Of a stretch of 64,000 nt of DNA, positions 61,387 to 64,000 are shown piece by piece. The DNA is from a virus. Below the pieces are notes generated by a model that saw only the letters and a list, made by a program, of their open reading frames with translations, did not search any database and was not told the DNA's origin. The DNA lies in IMG/VR virus record IMGVR_UViG_3300018476_000013, positions 1 through 64,000 of that record; one strand, given 5' to 3'. The first letter of the stretch is position 1. The number at the start of each line of letters is the position of its first letter. Both the position numbers and the translations under genes were made by a program.

Positions 61387-62568
61387 ATGGTGAGCAAAAC
61401 AGAATTCACCGAGATGGTGGCATTGGATGCTGCTGCCAAGGTACGCGAGACCTCGGATGGTTACCTGGTTTGCAGTCCGCGGATTGCTCGCACGGGCATT
61501 CAAGTCTATCAGGGATTTGAAGTCGGCCGTCCCGAATTGAAAGATGTTCGGGTTTACCGGCCCGATACCGAGGTCTTCCACGCTGATGCCGTGGCTTCAT
61601 TGGCTCATAAACCAGTGACCAATGAGCACCCAGCCGTGCCGGTCAACGCCAGCAACTGGCGAGATATTTCTGTCGGCCACCTCGGAGGAGAGGTGTTGCG
61701 CGATGGTGAATTCGTTCGCGTGCCGCTTGTACTTATGGATGCAGAAGCCATCAAGGAGGTTCGTGACGGCAAGACTCAACTGTCCGTTGGTTATTCGGCC
61801 ACATTGCAATGGGGCGACGGAACCACACCGGCAGGGGAAAAGTACGACGCAATCCAATCTGAGATCCGTGCCAACCATGTTGCCATTACCCGTGCAGCGC
61901 GTGGTGGTCCCAAGTTGCGCATGGGTGATAGATCCAAACCAAAGGAGAGAACGATGGCTACTCGTAGTTTTGTTATCGATGGCATCACCGTCGAAATGGA
62001 AGAGCGTGACATGCAAGTGGTCGAGCGCCATGTGCAGAAGTTGGAGACCGACCTTGACGCAGCCCGGGCAGAAGTTGCAACCATCCGGACTGCTGCCCAG
62101 GCTGATCTTGCCAAGGCCCAGACCGAGACAGCCAATGGTGCTGCCGTGGTTCAGACCAAGGACGCAGAAATTGCCACACTGAAAACTCAGTTGGCAGACT
62201 CCAAGCTCACTCCGCAGCAGCTCGACAAGCTGGTGTCGGATCGCGTGGCCACAGTATCTCGGGCCAAGTCCATCCTCGGCGATGCTGTCATCGTTGATGG
62301 CAAGACCGAAGCTGACATTCGGCGCCAGGTCGTTGCATCCAAGCTCGGCGATACCGCCAAGGATTGGACGGACGAAATGGTAACGGCTTCTTTCAACACG
62401 CTCACTGCCACATCCGTCCTCGCAGACAGCAACAATACGCGGGACCTCACTGGCATCCTGGCGACCAACCATCAAAGTGGTGACCCCCTGACCAAAGCTT
62501 ACGTCGAATACAATGAGGGGATCAGCAACCGGTGGAAGACCGCTGGCAATCACAACGCGAAGCAGTAA
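61387..62568 (+). CDS. DUF2213 prohead protease/scaffold-like protein
   Basis: DGYL...RIARTGIQVY; KPVTNEHP; LSVGY; NHVAI..ARGG; coiled-coil C-terminus. Confidence 0.88.
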   Translation: MVSKTEFTEMVALDAAAKVRETSDGYLVCSPRIARTGIQVYQGFEVGRPELKDVRVYRPDTEVFHADAVASLAHKPVTNEHPAVPVNASNWRDISVGHLGGEVLRDGEFVRVPLVLMDAEAIKEVRDGKTQLSVGYSATLQWGDGTTPAGEKYDAIQSEIRANHVAITRAARGGPKLRMGDRSKPKERTMATRSFVIDGITVEMEERDMQVVERHVQKLETDLDAARAEVATIRTAAQADLAKAQTETANGAAVVQTKDAEIATLKTQLADSKLTPQQLDKLVSDRVATVSRAKSILGDAVIVDGKTEADIRRQVVASKLGDTAKDWTDEMVTASFNTLTATSVLADSNNTRDLTGILATNHQSGDPLTKAYVEYNEGISNRWKTAGNHNAKQ

Positions 62569-62612
62569 TCTGCAAGCGAGCAATTCGTTTTCCTCAATAG
62601 GAGTTTACGACA

Positions 62613-63194
62613 ATGGCAGACCAGAAAGAAGACGTCCGTCGCGATGAGAAGCACGAGGAGCCCGCCAAGACCAAGGGCGAACTCGTTGCTCGCAACGCGC
62701 AACAGCTGCATGAGATTTCGCAGCATAGTGTACCGCAAGCTACGTTCCCCGAGCAGATGCGTCAGGGTCTCCCTGGCATGATCAACCGCATGGTGGACTA
62801 CAATGCGGTGTCGCGCTCAGTGGAAGGTGCAACGCCGATTGCAGCACCCCGTGCTGTGTCGCAGTCGACGGCATCCGACATTGGTGCTTTGCTTGGTGGT
62901 TCACTGACTGGTTTCGTGGGTATCACCATCCTCGATCCGACGCTTGTGAACTTTGTCGGTTCAACTGTGCCAGCAGATGCTTATGCTCAGTATGTCACTT
63001 GTGGCGTACTGACCAAAGGCGAAATCTTCGCCACTGCAACGGTGCCGACGGTCGCCGGCGATCCGGTGCACTTCGGCGCCACGGATGGCATCCTCACCAA
63101 CACCGGTGGCATCGGTCCGGTACCTGGCGCGCGTTGGAAGCACACGCGTCCGGCCAATGAACTCAACGTCGTTCAACTCGGTATCCAGCGTTAA
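62613..63194 (+). CDS. Capsid decoration/cement protein
   Basis: Between DUF2213 and MCP; FVGIT..D, VLTKGEI, AGDPV, GARW. Confidence 0.7.
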   Translation: MADQKEDVRRDEKHEEPAKTKGELVARNAQQLHEISQHSVPQATFPEQMRQGLPGMINRMVDYNAVSRSVEGATPIAAPRAVSQSTASDIGALLGGSLTGFVGITILDPTLVNFVGSTVPADAYAQYVTCGVLTKGEIFATATVPTVAGDPVHFGATDGILTNTGGIGPVPGARWKHTRPANELNVVQLGIQR

Positions 63195-63242
63195 GCGCGT
63201 CTTGGCGTTTTCGGAAACCATCAACCTGTCAAGGAGACAGAG

Positions 63243-64000
63243 ATGAGCTACCATATGTTCGGGAAAGACGCGCAGCAAGTCGCGTATAACTATGTGGTCA
63301 ATCAGACCACAGCCATCGAGACCCAGGTGGTTAAGATGCAATATCCGGATGTTCAGTATCCGGACCTCGTTCCAGTGGACACTGCCACTGGTAATGAGTG
63401 GGTGAAGTCCATCACTTACTTCAGCGCCGACATGATGGGTCGGGCGGATTGGTTTCACCACACGGCACTCGATGTGCCGCTGGCTGAACTGAGCCGCGAG
63501 AAATTCGAGCGTGGCATGGAGATGGCCGCGATCGGATATCGTTGGACCTTGGAAGAAGTGGCGCAGGCCCAGAATACTCCTGGCCTCAACCTTACTGCTG
63601 ACAAGGCCGTGGCTTGCCGGCGGGCTTATGAAGAGTTCGTCGACAACATCGCGCTCCGTGGATCGGTGCCGAAGAACATGCAGGGGCTTATCAACTCGTC
63701 GCTGGTTACCGCGACGACTGCCCCGGCAGATGGTGCTGGTGGTCTCACCACCTTTGCCAGCAAGACCAACCAGCAGGTGATCCGCGATATCAACTCAGCC
63801 ATGATGGGCATCGCGACTGGCACTAACTGGCTTTACTACGCCGACACCATTCTGCTTCCTCCGTCAGTTCTGGTTGGCATGGCCGGCCGGATCATCGAAT
63901 ATTCGTCGATGACCCTGCTGGACTGGATCAAGCAGTACAATGTGCTGACGGTTCAGACCGGACGGCCGATCACGCTCGCGGGCGTGCGCGGGCTCGAGAC
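63243..64000 (+). CDS. Major capsid protein (DUF2184-like), 3' truncated
   Basis: AAGGAG RBS; MSYHMFGKDAQQ..QTTAIETQV...YPDVQYPDLVPVDT; GYRWTLEE; open to the window end. Confidence 0.85.
   Translation, partial: MSYHMFGKDAQQVAYNYVVNQTTAIETQVVKMQYPDVQYPDLVPVDTATGNEWVKSITYFSADMMGRADWFHHTALDVPLAELSREKFERGMEMAAIGYRWTLEEVAQAQNTPGLNLTADKAVACRRAYEEFVDNIALRGSVPKNMQGLINSSLVTATTAPADGAGGLTTFASKTNQQVIRDINSAMMGIATGTNWLYYADTILLPPSVLVGMAGRIIEYSSMTLLDWIKQYNVLTVQTGRPITLAGVRGLE

Noticed and set aside
1-64000. Integrase, att sites, tRNAs or genome-wide stop-codon reassignment
   Set aside because: None recognised; core genes are intact in the standard code

Overview
The window is most of a tailed dsDNA phage genome with a P2-like contractile-tail module. 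The host is probably an alphaproteobacterium, possibly Bradyrhizobium-like; this is inferred from a PEPxxWA-type sorting signal. Order of modules: tape-measure C-terminus, gpU/gpX/gpD and endolysin (1-7 kb); a minus-strand family A DNA polymerase operon (7-10.8 kb); an early/accessory region of promoter-gene cassettes with amidoligase, two GGCTs, a PEP-CTERM protein, a UvrD helicase and an HNH nuclease (11-22 kb); a nucleotide-metabolism and DNA-modification region (21.7-31.9 kb); Cas4-like nuclease, SSB, primase-polymerase/helicase and a likely origin (32-37.3 kb); a second cassette island (37.3-39.1 kb); a NusG-like antiterminator; terminase, portal and head morphogenesis genes; a ~15 kb block of fibre/adhesin genes including a 2774-aa modular protein; then DUF2213, a decoration protein and a truncated major capsid gene. 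The best candidate for a novel system is a putative cytosine hypermodification pathway. It comprises a C5-methyltransferase homologue with a natural Asn-to-Lys change in motif X (the change that turns engineered M.MpeI into a carboxymethyltransferase) and ENV replaced by DDL. This gene is translationally coupled to an AsnB-like amide ligase, and a thymidylate-synthase homologue with the dCMP-specific Asp lies nearby. No integrase, tRNA or CRISPR array was seen. All family calls come from motif recognition by eye, not from database searches.
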